Source of the DNA: Nemertoderma westbladi
Taxonomy: Eukaryota; Animalia; Xenacoelomorpha
Direction: 5' to 3'
DNA length: 62,457 nt
NCBI GenBank assembly: GCA_032718475.1
Contig: JAUCBJ010007965.1
Location: forward strand, 1 to 62,457
Both the position numbers and the translations under genes were made by a program. The notes below the pieces were generated by a model. It had not been told where the DNA came from and did no database searches. It saw only the letters and a list, made by a program, of their open reading frames with translations. Position 1 is the first letter of the stretch. Each line of letters opens with the position of its first letter. Below, piece by piece: positions 1 to 10,058 of the stretch.

Positions 1-290
1 CCTCTGAACGACTTCATATGTTATTTTCAGCATTTATCATGCTGCATGAAGGACTCTGAACAGTTTTATCAGCTCTTTTCAGTATTTCTCATGCTGCATG
101 AAGGCCTTTTAGCAGTTTTAACAGCCCTTTTCAGCATTTATTGTGATGCACGAAGGACTCTGAACAGTTTTATCAGCTCTTTTCAGTATTTCTCCTGCTG
201 CATGAAGGCCTTTTAGCAGTTTCAACAGCCCTTTTCAGCATTTATCATGCTGCACGAAGGCCTCTGAGCAGCTTTGAGAGATCTTTTATC
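1..290. repeat. Tandem repeat, ~52-bp alternating units
   Basis: Recurring ttttcagc/ta...atgctgcatgaagg...cagtttt units; two variants alternate. Confidence 0.85.
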
Positions 291-701
291 AGTCGGTGAT
301 ATAGGCGATTTTGGACTTATTCCAATTTTGGAACTTTGTGCGAGGGTAGATTCCGAAATCGGAATACACTCCAAAATTGGACTTTTCTAAATAAAAAAAA
401 TATATTTTAAAGTCCTGCAAGTATAATTCCATCATAAATTCTATCATTTTTCAATAAATATATGTTTTTTTGTGCCAAATTCATTATTCCTACCATGCTT
501 TTGCAGAAATGTATTCATACATTCCAAAATTGGACTTTGTTTGCAGAGATGCTATGGAGGATGACTGCTGTAACACTAGTATAACAAGGTACAGGGGTCC
601 GACCATAAGGCTATATGGGCACGACTAGAGCTGTACCCTGTACAGCTGTACAGCACAGTTTTACGCTAGAAGCACAGCTGCAGCTAGACCCTAGACCAAG
701 C

Positions 702-900
702 ATCAGCTTGGTCTATTGGTGACATTCCTGGGCTTCCAATTAGGAAGCCCAGTTTCGATCCCAAGATGGTCCTTGTGAGTGGTCGATAAATGGGAACCAA
801 GGCAACTTTGGAAAACATAATGGAAGAGGTTTACGGTACTATAGAATATCATCCATGGTGGCTGGGTGGTGAACAGGCATTCCTTGGCTTAATGAGCCTA
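702..900 (+). mobile_element. Degenerate tRNA-derived SINE candidate
   Basis: A-box-like TGGTCTATTGG (709-719) and B-box-like GTTTCGATCCC (752-762) at tRNA-like spacing, followed by ggtcgataaatgggaacca resembling SINE body sequence. No intact cloverleaf; 3' end uncertain. Confidence 0.45.
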
Positions 901-949
901 ATATCATGAATTGGGGTGTTAGCTATGATGGAAAATAAATAGACCTCTT

Positions 950-1930
950 AATCGTTTCAATATATTGTTTTAGTGTCTCATGTGCTGCGCGAAGGCCTTT
1001 GAACCGTTTCCACAGATTGTTTTAGTATCTCACATACTGCGCGAACGCGAAGGTATCTTAAACGTTTCAACAGTTTGTTACACAATGTTGGAGTACGCCA
1101 CGTGCTGCGCGAAGGTCTCTTAAACGTTTCAACAGCTTATTAGTTGTTACACAATGTTACAGTGCGCCACGTGCTGCGCGAAGGTCTCTCAAACGTTTCA
1201 ACAGCTTGTTACATAATGTTACAGTGCGCCACGTGCTGCGCAAAGGTCTCTCCAACGTTTCAACAGATTGTTACACAATGTTACAGTAAGCCACGTGCTG
1301 CGCGAAGGTCTCTTAAACATTTGAACAGCTTGTTACACAATGTTACAGTGCGCCACGTGCTGCGCGAAGGTCTCTTAAACGTTTCAACAGCTTGTTACAC
1401 ACTGTTACAGTTCGCCACATGCTGCGCAAAGGTCTCAAACGTTTCAACAGATTGTTTCAGTACCCCATGTGCTGGCACGTAGGTCTATTAAATGTTTCAA
1501 CAGCTTGTTAACAATGTTACAGTACGCCACGTGCTGCGCGAAGGACTCTTAAACTTTCCAACAGCTTGTTACAATGTTACAGCAAGCCACGTGCTCCGTG
1601 AAGTTCTCTTAAACGTTTCAACAGTTTGTTACACAATGTTGGAGTACGCCACGTGCTGCGCGAAGGTCTCTTAAACGTTTCAACAGCTTGTTTCAGTATT
1701 TCACATACTTCGCGAAGGTCTCTCAAACGTTTCATCAGATTGTTATACAATGTTACAGTATCGCATGTGCTGCACGAAGGTCTCTTAAACGTTTCAACAG
1801 ATTGTTTCAGTATCCAACATGCTGCACGAAGGTTTCTTAAACGTTTCAATGGATTGTTTCAGTCAGTCAGTATCTCACATACTGCGTGAAGGACATGGAA
1901 GGTATCTTAATCATTTCAACAGATTGTTAC
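950..1930. repeat. Tandem repeat, ~58-bp unit related to the 1-290 array
   Basis: Unit aaacgtttcaacagcttgttacacaatgttacagtgcgccacgtgctgcgcgaaggtctctt; shares the tgctgc..gaagg core with 1-290. ORFs here are repeat artefacts. Confidence 0.9.
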
Positions 1931-2140
1931 AGTTCTAGTTTTTAAAATCTATTTACGTATGTACGTACATTGACAAAGTGAAACAAAATAGAGTAAATAA
2001 GATAAATTTCATTCAGACAACTGTGGACTTAAAGTGCTAAGTGCTGCTATGTGCTGTTCAATAGAAACAATACGCTACCCATTCTGCCATTTTACTGCAG
2101 TGTACTGTACCTACAGTGTAGTACAGTAGTATAGTGCTGA

Positions 2141-5100
2141 TGGAAAGACAAAATTGGACCTAAAGTCCAAAATTGGGCCGAGAGGAAGAGAGAGCGAGAC
2201 GGAGGGAGACGGAGACGAGCGTCGACACGAGGCGCGGGTGTCGGAACCGATGTCGCCGGCCAGCCACAGGCCGAGGGCGACGAGCGGCCCACCGAAACGG
2301 CGACGGTGGGGCCGACGGTACGACGTCGGACCCGGAGAGACGGAAGAGAGGTCGGCGACGAGGACGTCGGGGTCTCTGAGCGACTTCGACGGGCCTACAA
2401 CGCGACCCGGAAACTACTAAAGGACGCCAAGAAAGAAGGGGCGAAGATAGACGAGGTGAGACTGAGGAAACGACTAGGTGAGTCGGACAGACATTTTAGT
2501 TACCTAATGCGTTTTGGGCAGAGAGAACTAGCCGAGGAGAGAGCAAAAGGGGTTGCCAGCGAACTGTTTGAACTATGGGAATGTGGGAGTATGGGACCTA
2601 GTGTAGCGTCAGTGTACATAGGGCCATACTTGGTCGATGCCCGGGGAGTAAAATTAGTGGGTTGGAGGGGACCTGAAGGGGGCGGATCCGAGGTTAACCC
2701 CGAGGATACGGCCTCGTCGGTCGGAGAAAGTTCCGGGAAGCGGGGGAAAGTTAGTAGGACGGGAAGGCGGAGGGAATCCGTCACAACCGATAAGTCTGCT
2801 ACATCCTCCGCAAAAGAAAGACTGGTGAGAGAGATAGATGCCGCGTACCGTCTCGATCTGATAGTGCAAGGTCAAAGGGAAATAGATAAACGGTTAAAGG
2901 AGGGGAGAATGATGCTAGAGAGGGAAGCGGCATTGATTAGAGAAACCGGAGAGAAGGCCGAAAGGGCCATGAGGAGCCTTAGGGAGAGTGAGGAAATAGA
3001 GAGAAAGGAACAAGAGGAGCGTGTGGCGGAACGCAAGGAGCGTGAGGCGAGAGAGGAAAGGGAACGCAAGGAGCGTGAGGCAAGGGAGGAAAAGGAATGC
3101 AAAGAGCGTGAGGCGGAACGCAAGGAGCATGAGGCGAGAGAGGAAAAGGAACGCAAGGAGCGTGAGGCAAGACGACGGGAGGAAGTTAGGAAAGTGGCAG
3201 AGTTGGCCGAACAGAGCGAACGGGAGTGTAGGGAGAGAATGGCAAAGGAGGAGTGTGAGCGAAAAGAATTAAAGAGACGCCAAAGTGAGCTTGCAGAGCA
3301 TAGGATTAGACGCATGCGCGAGCTGCAACTGGTGCGGGCGGGGGCGTCTGAGAGTGGGACTGGCTCGAGTATTTTAGGGGAGCCAGGGGCCGTGGATACA
3401 TTTATTAACACCCCACTTACAGGGACCGCACGACAGACCCAAAACTGGTGTAACAGTACGGGCGGGGGGGGGGGGGGGGGGTGATAATGGTACAGTAGAC
3501 GTGGTTAATATTAATAGTACCGTATGGGATAATTCTAATCAAACCTTTATTGCAGGAAATACTTTGCCTAGTGGTAGTAATTTAAATTTAAATCAGAACA
3601 ATCCTAATATTAATGTAGAAAATTATTCTAATATTAATGTAGTTACACAAAATAATCCAAATAATCAAAATAATAACCCAAACTCGAACCTACAAAATAA
3701 TTTAAGTAACGCAATTACACAAAATAATCCAAATAATTTAAATAATGTTCCAAGCCCGAATTTACAAAATAATACGAGTGATTTTGTTTCAAACGAACAG
3801 ATTGATTCCGTTTCCAATATGAGTGCTATTAACGTAAACACGTCGGGCGTGTATAGTCAGGCAGATGAGGGCCTGGTAGGCCACGTAGTTGGTAGGCAGG
3901 GAGCAGAGGGCCTGGTAGGCCACATAGTTGGTAGGCAGGGAGCAGAGGGCCTGGTAGGCCACGTAGTTGGTAGGCAGGGAGCAGAGGGCCTGGTAGGCCA
4001 CATAGTTGGTAGGCAGGGAGTGGCTGGGTTAGGTAGACCCGGCGAGGGCCTGGTAAGCCACGCAATAGCAGGGGGAGAGGCGGGGGTGAATAGACCCGAC
4101 CGCGGTAGGGCTGATGTGTCGACTGGAGAGGGATATAGTAGCGGGGTGAGGGGTAGCGAAGTTAGATGTGGCGAGTGGGGGGGGGGGGGGGGCTACAAGG
4201 GCCCCACAACAGAGAGTTAGCGGCGAGAGGGGGGGGGGCAGAGAGTGTCCCACAGCCGTCAGCGGATAATGCGCGGGCCAAAATAGGTAAACCGCAACAC
4301 CCGGCGACGGAAAGCAATAGGGGGATTGCGAGTATCCCCAGCGGCGTGCGACCGAGTAGAGAGAGACAGGTTGACGTCGTAAGAGGGCGGACGAAGCGTC
4401 GAGCCCGATCAGAAGAGGGAAGAAGAACAGTGGGGTTTAACCGGGAGGTCGACGAGAGATCTCACGAGCGGGAATACTCCACTGAAAGGAGAAGAAGAGA
4501 AGACAGTAGTAGAGGTATCGCCGCGAACGATAGAAGAGCGAGGACGGATAGCGAGCCGTCGGTAGTCGAGATGAGAACAGAGAGTCAGTGGGGTCGGACT
4601 CCGGGAGATTGCCGTCGCCCCGGAGAGATGCGACCCGGCGAGGCGCACTACGCGCCGATGGAGGGGTACGCGATGTACCGGTACGAAGACGGGAACAGCA
4701 GAGGGGGGGGTCGAAGGGAAACTTTCCGACGGAATACACCTACCGATCGAGAATACGGTAGCCACGGGGAGGACTATTCGAGAAGAATAAACTTCGATCC
4801 CGAGCGACACATGCAGACTGTAGGACATACTGTAGGCCTTACTGCACATACCATAGGCCATACTGAGAGAGGCAACGTAGGCGATAGGATAGCGCGGACA
4901 ACGGGATTAAACTCGGAAGTCGCGGCATACATACCGGCGGGTAGGCCAGAAGCTGATAGGCCTATACCGGTACCAGTACAGCAGTATGACTACAGCATGC
5001 AAGGTCATAACATATACCCAGGGGAGGGGGGAATTATTGCAGATAGGTGTATGGGCCCCAACATATTAACATCAACCCCAGTACCAAACATACCGGTGGG

Positions 5101-5156
5101 GGGGGGGGGGGGGACAGGGTGACATTCCCCCATCACAATATCAACAATATACCCCG
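2141..5156 (+). pseudogene. N-terminal gag region of family 1 (coiled coil, Asn-rich tract, 13-aa repeats), broken only at three poly-G runs
   Basis: ORFs 2306-3484, 3501-4220, 4166-5122 and the frame leading into 5157 abut and switch frame at G runs near 3464-3481, 4177-4192 and 5098-5113. Confidence 0.7.
3865..4065 (+). repeat. 39-bp coding tandem repeat (EGLVGH[V/I]VGRQGA x4 plus a partial unit)
   Basis: gagggcctggtaggccac[g/a]tagttggtaggcagggagca repeated in frame. Confidence 0.9.
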
Positions 5157-8100
5157 ATGGGAGCAAGAACAACGAGACCCTTGGATGAAAATAGGTCGTG
5201 TGACACAGAGATATGGAGGGGGCCGCTACCCCCGATGACATACCCAAGTCAAAGAAAATCGAGAAATAGGACGGACGAACCGCACCAGACAGGAGAAACT
5301 ATACAGCACCCATCGAATCCATTGGAAGCGCAGGCGATGGGGATGGCCACGTTGATCGATGCGTTGAAAACGAGGATCGAGTTACCACCCGTGGAACCAT
5401 TCAAATTCGATGGGAGTAGACCGGAAGAATATCTACAGTTTCGGCGCATGTATAGTAACGAAATACTAACAAAAAACTTGACGCAGGCGGAGTGCCTAAA
5501 GTATCTGCAAGTATACACGGGAGGCCCAGCATACGATATCGTGAGGCAATATCAAGGAATAGAGGGCGGCTTCACGACAGCATGGCGGGCACTGGATAGG
5601 GAATACGGGCACCCGGCCAAGATCATCAGACAGACACTGAGGGGCATAACATCGGGTGGCCTACAGGATAATCCCGTTAGCATTAAGACGTTCGCTAACA
5701 AAGTCGAAAAGGCGCTAATCGTGCTGAAGACGCTAGACGCGCCATACGAGCTCAACGCGTCCAACAACATCACCACGATAGCGCAGGCACTACCGAACTG
5801 GCTGCGCAACAAGTGGAGGAAGATCGCTTTCTCCACCCGAGACAAGAAGGGTGCGGAACCGGGTTTAGAAGAGATGTCAAACTTCTTAAACTACGAGGCT
5901 GAACTAATAACTGACCCAGTCTATAGCGAAGATAGCCTGGGAAAGGGACCGAAGACGGATTACCATAGACCGAAGCCAGAGCACAATACATCAAACGCAT
6001 TACCGAGGCTCAGGCAATCATTGCCATATGCAGCAACGCAGGGGACTGCAAGTCCACAGCTAGCCGAAGATAAGACAACACCATGGAACGGACAGGGGAA
6101 CAATAACAACACGAATAAATATACCCCCAGTACGTCCAGTAGGCCGAATCCAAACAATAAGAATAGTAGGGACTTTGGTACGAACGCAACTGCGATACGC
6201 AATGCGCTGTATAAGGAGGGCTACGACCCAAAGAGCAAATGCCAGCTACACGCAAATGCGCTTCATCAAACCATGAACTGCAGGTACTGGCAGGCGCTAC
6301 CTAGGCAAGATCAGATAGATTATGCGTTGAGCAACAAAATCTGCTCGCGATGTGTAATGAGTGGACATAGAGCAAGGGAGTGCAAGGAGAAGCCGGTCAA
6401 GTTTGGCCAAAGGAGAGGCCAAACGATGGCAATGAGCACGGTAGGGGCGAAGAAGAGAGGAACGGTGTTGCTAGGAGTAGTACCCGTGCTAGTGATTGGG
6501 GAAGGCAATCAATCGGTAACAACACTAATGCTGGTCGATAGTGGAGCTGCCTTCACATTAGTCGAGGAATGGGTGGCCGAAGAGATAGGATTGAGAATGA
6601 GGCCAAGCAGAATGGCGGTAACAACCATCTCTAGCAAAGATGAGATCCTGGAGATGAGAACAGGACGGTGCGCAATCGCAGCAGTGGCACCGGGATGCGA
6701 CTATGGGGCAACCATCAACCCCATCCAAGTGATAGAGTCAATTAATATCAATGCCAGGCGGCCAACCAACATCGAGGTCGAGCAATACAAATTCCTGGAC
6801 GACATTGACTTCTCAATCCCAGATGTGGACGTTAGGAAGGTATCCATCATAGTAGGAATGGACTGCCCAACGGCCCACGAAAGAATGCAAACGGTCTTCG
6901 GCGAAGACAAGCAGTGTGACCCGGGGGCGATATTAACACCATTCGGGTGGACGCTGAGTGGTCCAATCAAGAGCAAGATACCATTTAGGATGTCGGAGAC
7001 ATCGGGATGCATGTTCGTGGGAACAATGCAGGAAATGGGTGATGAGGGAGCAGAGGAGCAGCTTAAAAGACTGCTCAGACAAGACTTCGAGGGACTGAAA
7101 GAGACCGGGGTCGGGACCTCGGTAGAAGACAAGCAGGCTTTACAAAGCGTGGAGGAATCGATGACATGCGAAGAGGGGCGGTATACTATAGGAATGGTAT
7201 GGAAACTACCGAAGACACCGCTGCCCGATAATAGAGGGATGGTACTCACGAGACTCCGCAAGCTGAAACAAACACTAAAACGGAGCCCCGAGAAGAATGA
7301 GTACATCCATAGAATGATTAAGAAGTACGTCGAGAAAGGATGGGCCGTGGAGTTACCGGTCGACGAACCGAACACGGACAGGACATATTACCTGCCACTC
7401 CACGTGGCTTTAGACCCAAAGAAAGGTAAACTACGAATGGTAGTCGACGCATCGGCAAAGACCGACGGAAAATGCTTAAACGACTACCTGTTAGAAGGCC
7501 CGAACATATACAATTCGGGCATAGAGGTGCTACTTAGATTTAGAAACGGGAAACACGCCTTCACGTGTGACATGGAAGGCATGTTCAACCAAGTCCGTGT
7601 AACGGAAGAAGATAGCGACAGTCAACACTTCTTATGGTATAACGGCGAGGAAGAACCGTCGATAATACCGACATATAAGATGGTAGTACAAAACATGGGG
7701 GCCAAGTCGTCTTCATTCACGACGACTATGGCAGTGAGAGACACAGTGAAGGGGAAGGAAGATAGATACAGCAGTAGGGCCGTCGATATGATTCAACGCG
7801 GCTTCTACGTAGACGACGGAATGGAGTCTGGAAATACGGTTAAGGAGATACTGGACACAGGGCGTGAGGTTCGCGACATCCTGAAAGGATCCGGCTTTAA
7901 GCTGACCAAATTCCAATCCAATTCGGAAGAATTTATCAAGGCAATAGAAGACAAGAGGCCAGAATCGACCATGGATAATCCCACAACAGCCAAAGGGCAG
8001 GACATGGCGAATAAGAGAACAGAATCTCAACAAAAGGCATTGGGAATCATGTGGGATAGAGAGACAGACGAACTGAAGTATCAGCTGAGCCAGGAGGGCG

Positions 8101-9041
8101 CAGACATCCACACGAAGAGGGGCTATGTATCGTATATAGCAAGGATATACGATCCCCTAGGCCTAGCATCCCCATTATTAGTCACGGGGAAACAGATACT
8201 CAAGAGAGTATACAAGTTGAAGGATGAGTGGGATGTAGAGGTACCAGAGGAAATCAAGAAACAGTGGAGCAAGTGGACAGGAGACTTGGAGAAGATGGGA
8301 ACATACATCATGCCACGAGTGTATTTCCCGGATGGGAACATGACGAATCTGGACCTACACATGTTCTCCGACGCGTCGTTGGAGGCGTACGGAGCGGCAC
8401 TCTATTTAGTACAACGAGAGGGGGCTCATAAGCCCAGACTAGCCTTTAGCAAAGCAAAGTCAACGCCGCCAGATTCAGCATCAGTTCCCAAGTTAGAATT
8501 GACAGCTGCGAGACTAGGAGTTAGAGCCACAGCCTATCTAGTGGATACCATTCCCAACATAGTGGAGACACACTACTGGACGGACTCCATGGTAGTGCTT
8601 GGTTGGCTACATAACGAAAGGACGAGATACCCGATATTCGTCGCAAATAGAGTGGACGAAATAAGGGTGACCACAGAACTGGAAAGGTGGCACTACTGCC
8701 CAACAGACGAGAACCCAGCGGACTTGCTGTCGAGGGGCGTGGAACGCCACACTTTCTTGAAGAAGGAAGTATTGTGGCAACATGGGCCACAATTTCTGAG
8801 CAATAAGGAGGCCTGGCCGCCGATGAGAAAGGTGGAGCCGGGCTCGGAAGTAGTGTCAGAGGGAGAAGAGGGAGATTCAGAGGGAGAAGAGATATACTCC
8901 CAGATGGTGAGGGAGATTAGGGACGTGCAACCGAGACGAGAACTGTGCGATAAATTTAGCTTGGTTCGCAGCTATCCTATCCACATCAATTGCGTCCAAC
9001 ACACGCTGGGCTCCTTCACTATTAGGGCTAAGTCCATCTAA
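5157..9041 (+). CDS. BEL/Pao gag-pol fragment: gag core, Cys/His knuckles, aspartic protease, RT, Pao-type RNase H; last ~30 codons are antisense of copy A
   Basis: PFKFDG gag motif; CSRCVMSGHRAREC knuckle; LVDSGA protease; YYLPLH..KLRMVVDAS and FYVDD RT; HMFSDAS, PKLEL, WTDS, NPADLLSRG RNase H. Confidence 0.92.
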   Translation: MGARTTRPLDENRSCDTEIWRGPLPPMTYPSQRKSRNRTDEPHQTGETIQHPSNPLEAQAMGMATLIDALKTRIELPPVEPFKFDGSRPEEYLQFRRMYSNEILTKNLTQAECLKYLQVYTGGPAYDIVRQYQGIEGGFTTAWRALDREYGHPAKIIRQTLRGITSGGLQDNPVSIKTFANKVEKALIVLKTLDAPYELNASNNITTIAQALPNWLRNKWRKIAFSTRDKKGAEPGLEEMSNFLNYEAELITDPVYSEDSLGKGPKTDYHRPKPEHNTSNALPRLRQSLPYAATQGTASPQLAEDKTTPWNGQGNNNNTNKYTPSTSSRPNPNNKNSRDFGTNATAIRNALYKEGYDPKSKCQLHANALHQTMNCRYWQALPRQDQIDYALSNKICSRCVMSGHRARECKEKPVKFGQRRGQTMAMSTVGAKKRGTVLLGVVPVLVIGEGNQSVTTLMLVDSGAAFTLVEEWVAEEIGLRMRPSRMAVTTISSKDEILEMRTGRCAIAAVAPGCDYGATINPIQVIESININARRPTNIEVEQYKFLDDIDFSIPDVDVRKVSIIVGMDCPTAHERMQTVFGEDKQCDPGAILTPFGWTLSGPIKSKIPFRMSETSGCMFVGTMQEMGDEGAEEQLKRLLRQDFEGLKETGVGTSVEDKQALQSVEESMTCEEGRYTIGMVWKLPKTPLPDNRGMVLTRLRKLKQTLKRSPEKNEYIHRMIKKYVEKGWAVELPVDEPNTDRTYYLPLHVALDPKKGKLRMVVDASAKTDGKCLNDYLLEGPNIYNSGIEVLLRFRNGKHAFTCDMEGMFNQVRVTEEDSDSQHFLWYNGEEEPSIIPTYKMVVQNMGAKSSSFTTTMAVRDTVKGKEDRYSSRAVDMIQRGFYVDDGMESGNTVKEILDTGREVRDILKGSGFKLTKFQSNSEEFIKAIEDKRPESTMDNPTTAKGQDMANKRTESQQKALGIMWDRETDELKYQLSQEGADIHTKRGYVSYIARIYDPLGLASPLLVTGKQILKRVYKLKDEWDVEVPEEIKKQWSKWTGDLEKMGTYIMPRVYFPDGNMTNLDLHMFSDASLEAYGAALYLVQREGAHKPRLAFSKAKSTPPDSASVPKLELTAARLGVRATAYLVDTIPNIVETHYWTDSMVVLGWLHNERTRYPIFVANRVDEIRVTTELERWHYCPTDENPADLLSRGVERHTFLKKEVLWQHGPQFLSNKEAWPPMRKVEPGSEVVSEGEEGDSEGEEIYSQMVREIRDVQPRRELCDKFSLVRSYPIHINCVQHTLGSFTIRAKSI

Positions 9042-10058
9042 CCTTCTCCTCAACTCTTCATCTCCTAAAAAACGCTGATAGTCTGACAGATAGATGTCAA
9101 TGGCATCCCTCTTATGCAGTTTCTCTGCCGTCGCTTCACTTTCCACTTGGGAAAAAGTAGCGTCTGTTGATTCTCCATGGGTTGAGCGCTCCTCCAGCTG
9201 AGCTTTCCACTGAGCTGTTCCTTGAACCTGGAGACTCACCCGCTGAAACCAAGTCTTTACGGCAACTTGCAACGACGTGTCTTGTCTTCTTTTAGAAGCC
9301 TCTTCAAAGGCCGATAAGATTAGCCTAATTCGCAGAATTCTTTCTCTAACTTGATAAAGCAGTTGTCCCTGCTCTTGAGGTCCTTGAGGTTGTTGAAACA
9401 GTTGTTCTTTTACTCGCTCCATAGAGCTGAAGAATCCCTGTGCGTATCCGGCTGCGGACCTCTTCCACACAGCTGGATCGATGGTTTCCTTGGCTACTCC
9501 CATCCGGTGTATGTCTTCCCAGGCAGCTTCTGATAAATCAAACGGGAGTCCGGGTCCGGGGAAGTTCCATTGCGACTCGACCATAGACTTCAGTTCTTCC
9601 CTTGTGTATCCCTCATAACTATCTTTAGTTGATTGCTTACTTCTCGCCCAATCGATCTGGTGTTCTTCCACCGCAATCAATAACCTAGTGAGTACGGCTG
9701 CAGGAAGGATGAGAAGGGGATCCGAATAAACCGCATCCGTCATCCTTGCTCCGCGCTCGGGTGTCAGCTCTACAGTATCCTCACTACTGGAGCTGTCGGG
9801 CCGCTGAGAAATAAGTTCTTGGCTCGCGGGTTGTTGCTGTTCCGCTGCTTCTTGGTCCCGCTTGACCTGAGCTCGAGTGCCTATGATAGACCTACGATGT
9901 TGGACCAGCCTCGGTTCTGTTATTACTACTGGAGGGATGACCTTCCTCACAGTGGGAGGTGAACTGAACTTAGGTGTAGACGGTTCTACACCCTTATCTG
10001 AGTCGCAGATAGTTACATCTAATAAACTGTCTGACATGTTCTGCTTAGTATCAGACAT
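8952..10058 (-). CDS. N-terminal gag fragment of family 2 copy A (starts MSDTKQN)
   Basis: Highly similar to the start of copy B gag (57123 downward); similarity stops at AKF near 8952. Confidence 0.85.

Larger units (their letters stand above)
2141..8951 (+). mobile_element. BEL/Pao LTR retrotransposon family 1, truncated at both ends (no LTR, no integrase)
   Basis: Gag, protease, RT and RNase H motifs in BEL order; purine-rich coding strand; ends abruptly where family-2 copy A begins. Confidence 0.9.

Noticed and set aside
702-765. Functional tRNA gene
   Set aside because: A/B boxes are present but no acceptor stem or cloverleaf could be built; better explained as a SINE head.
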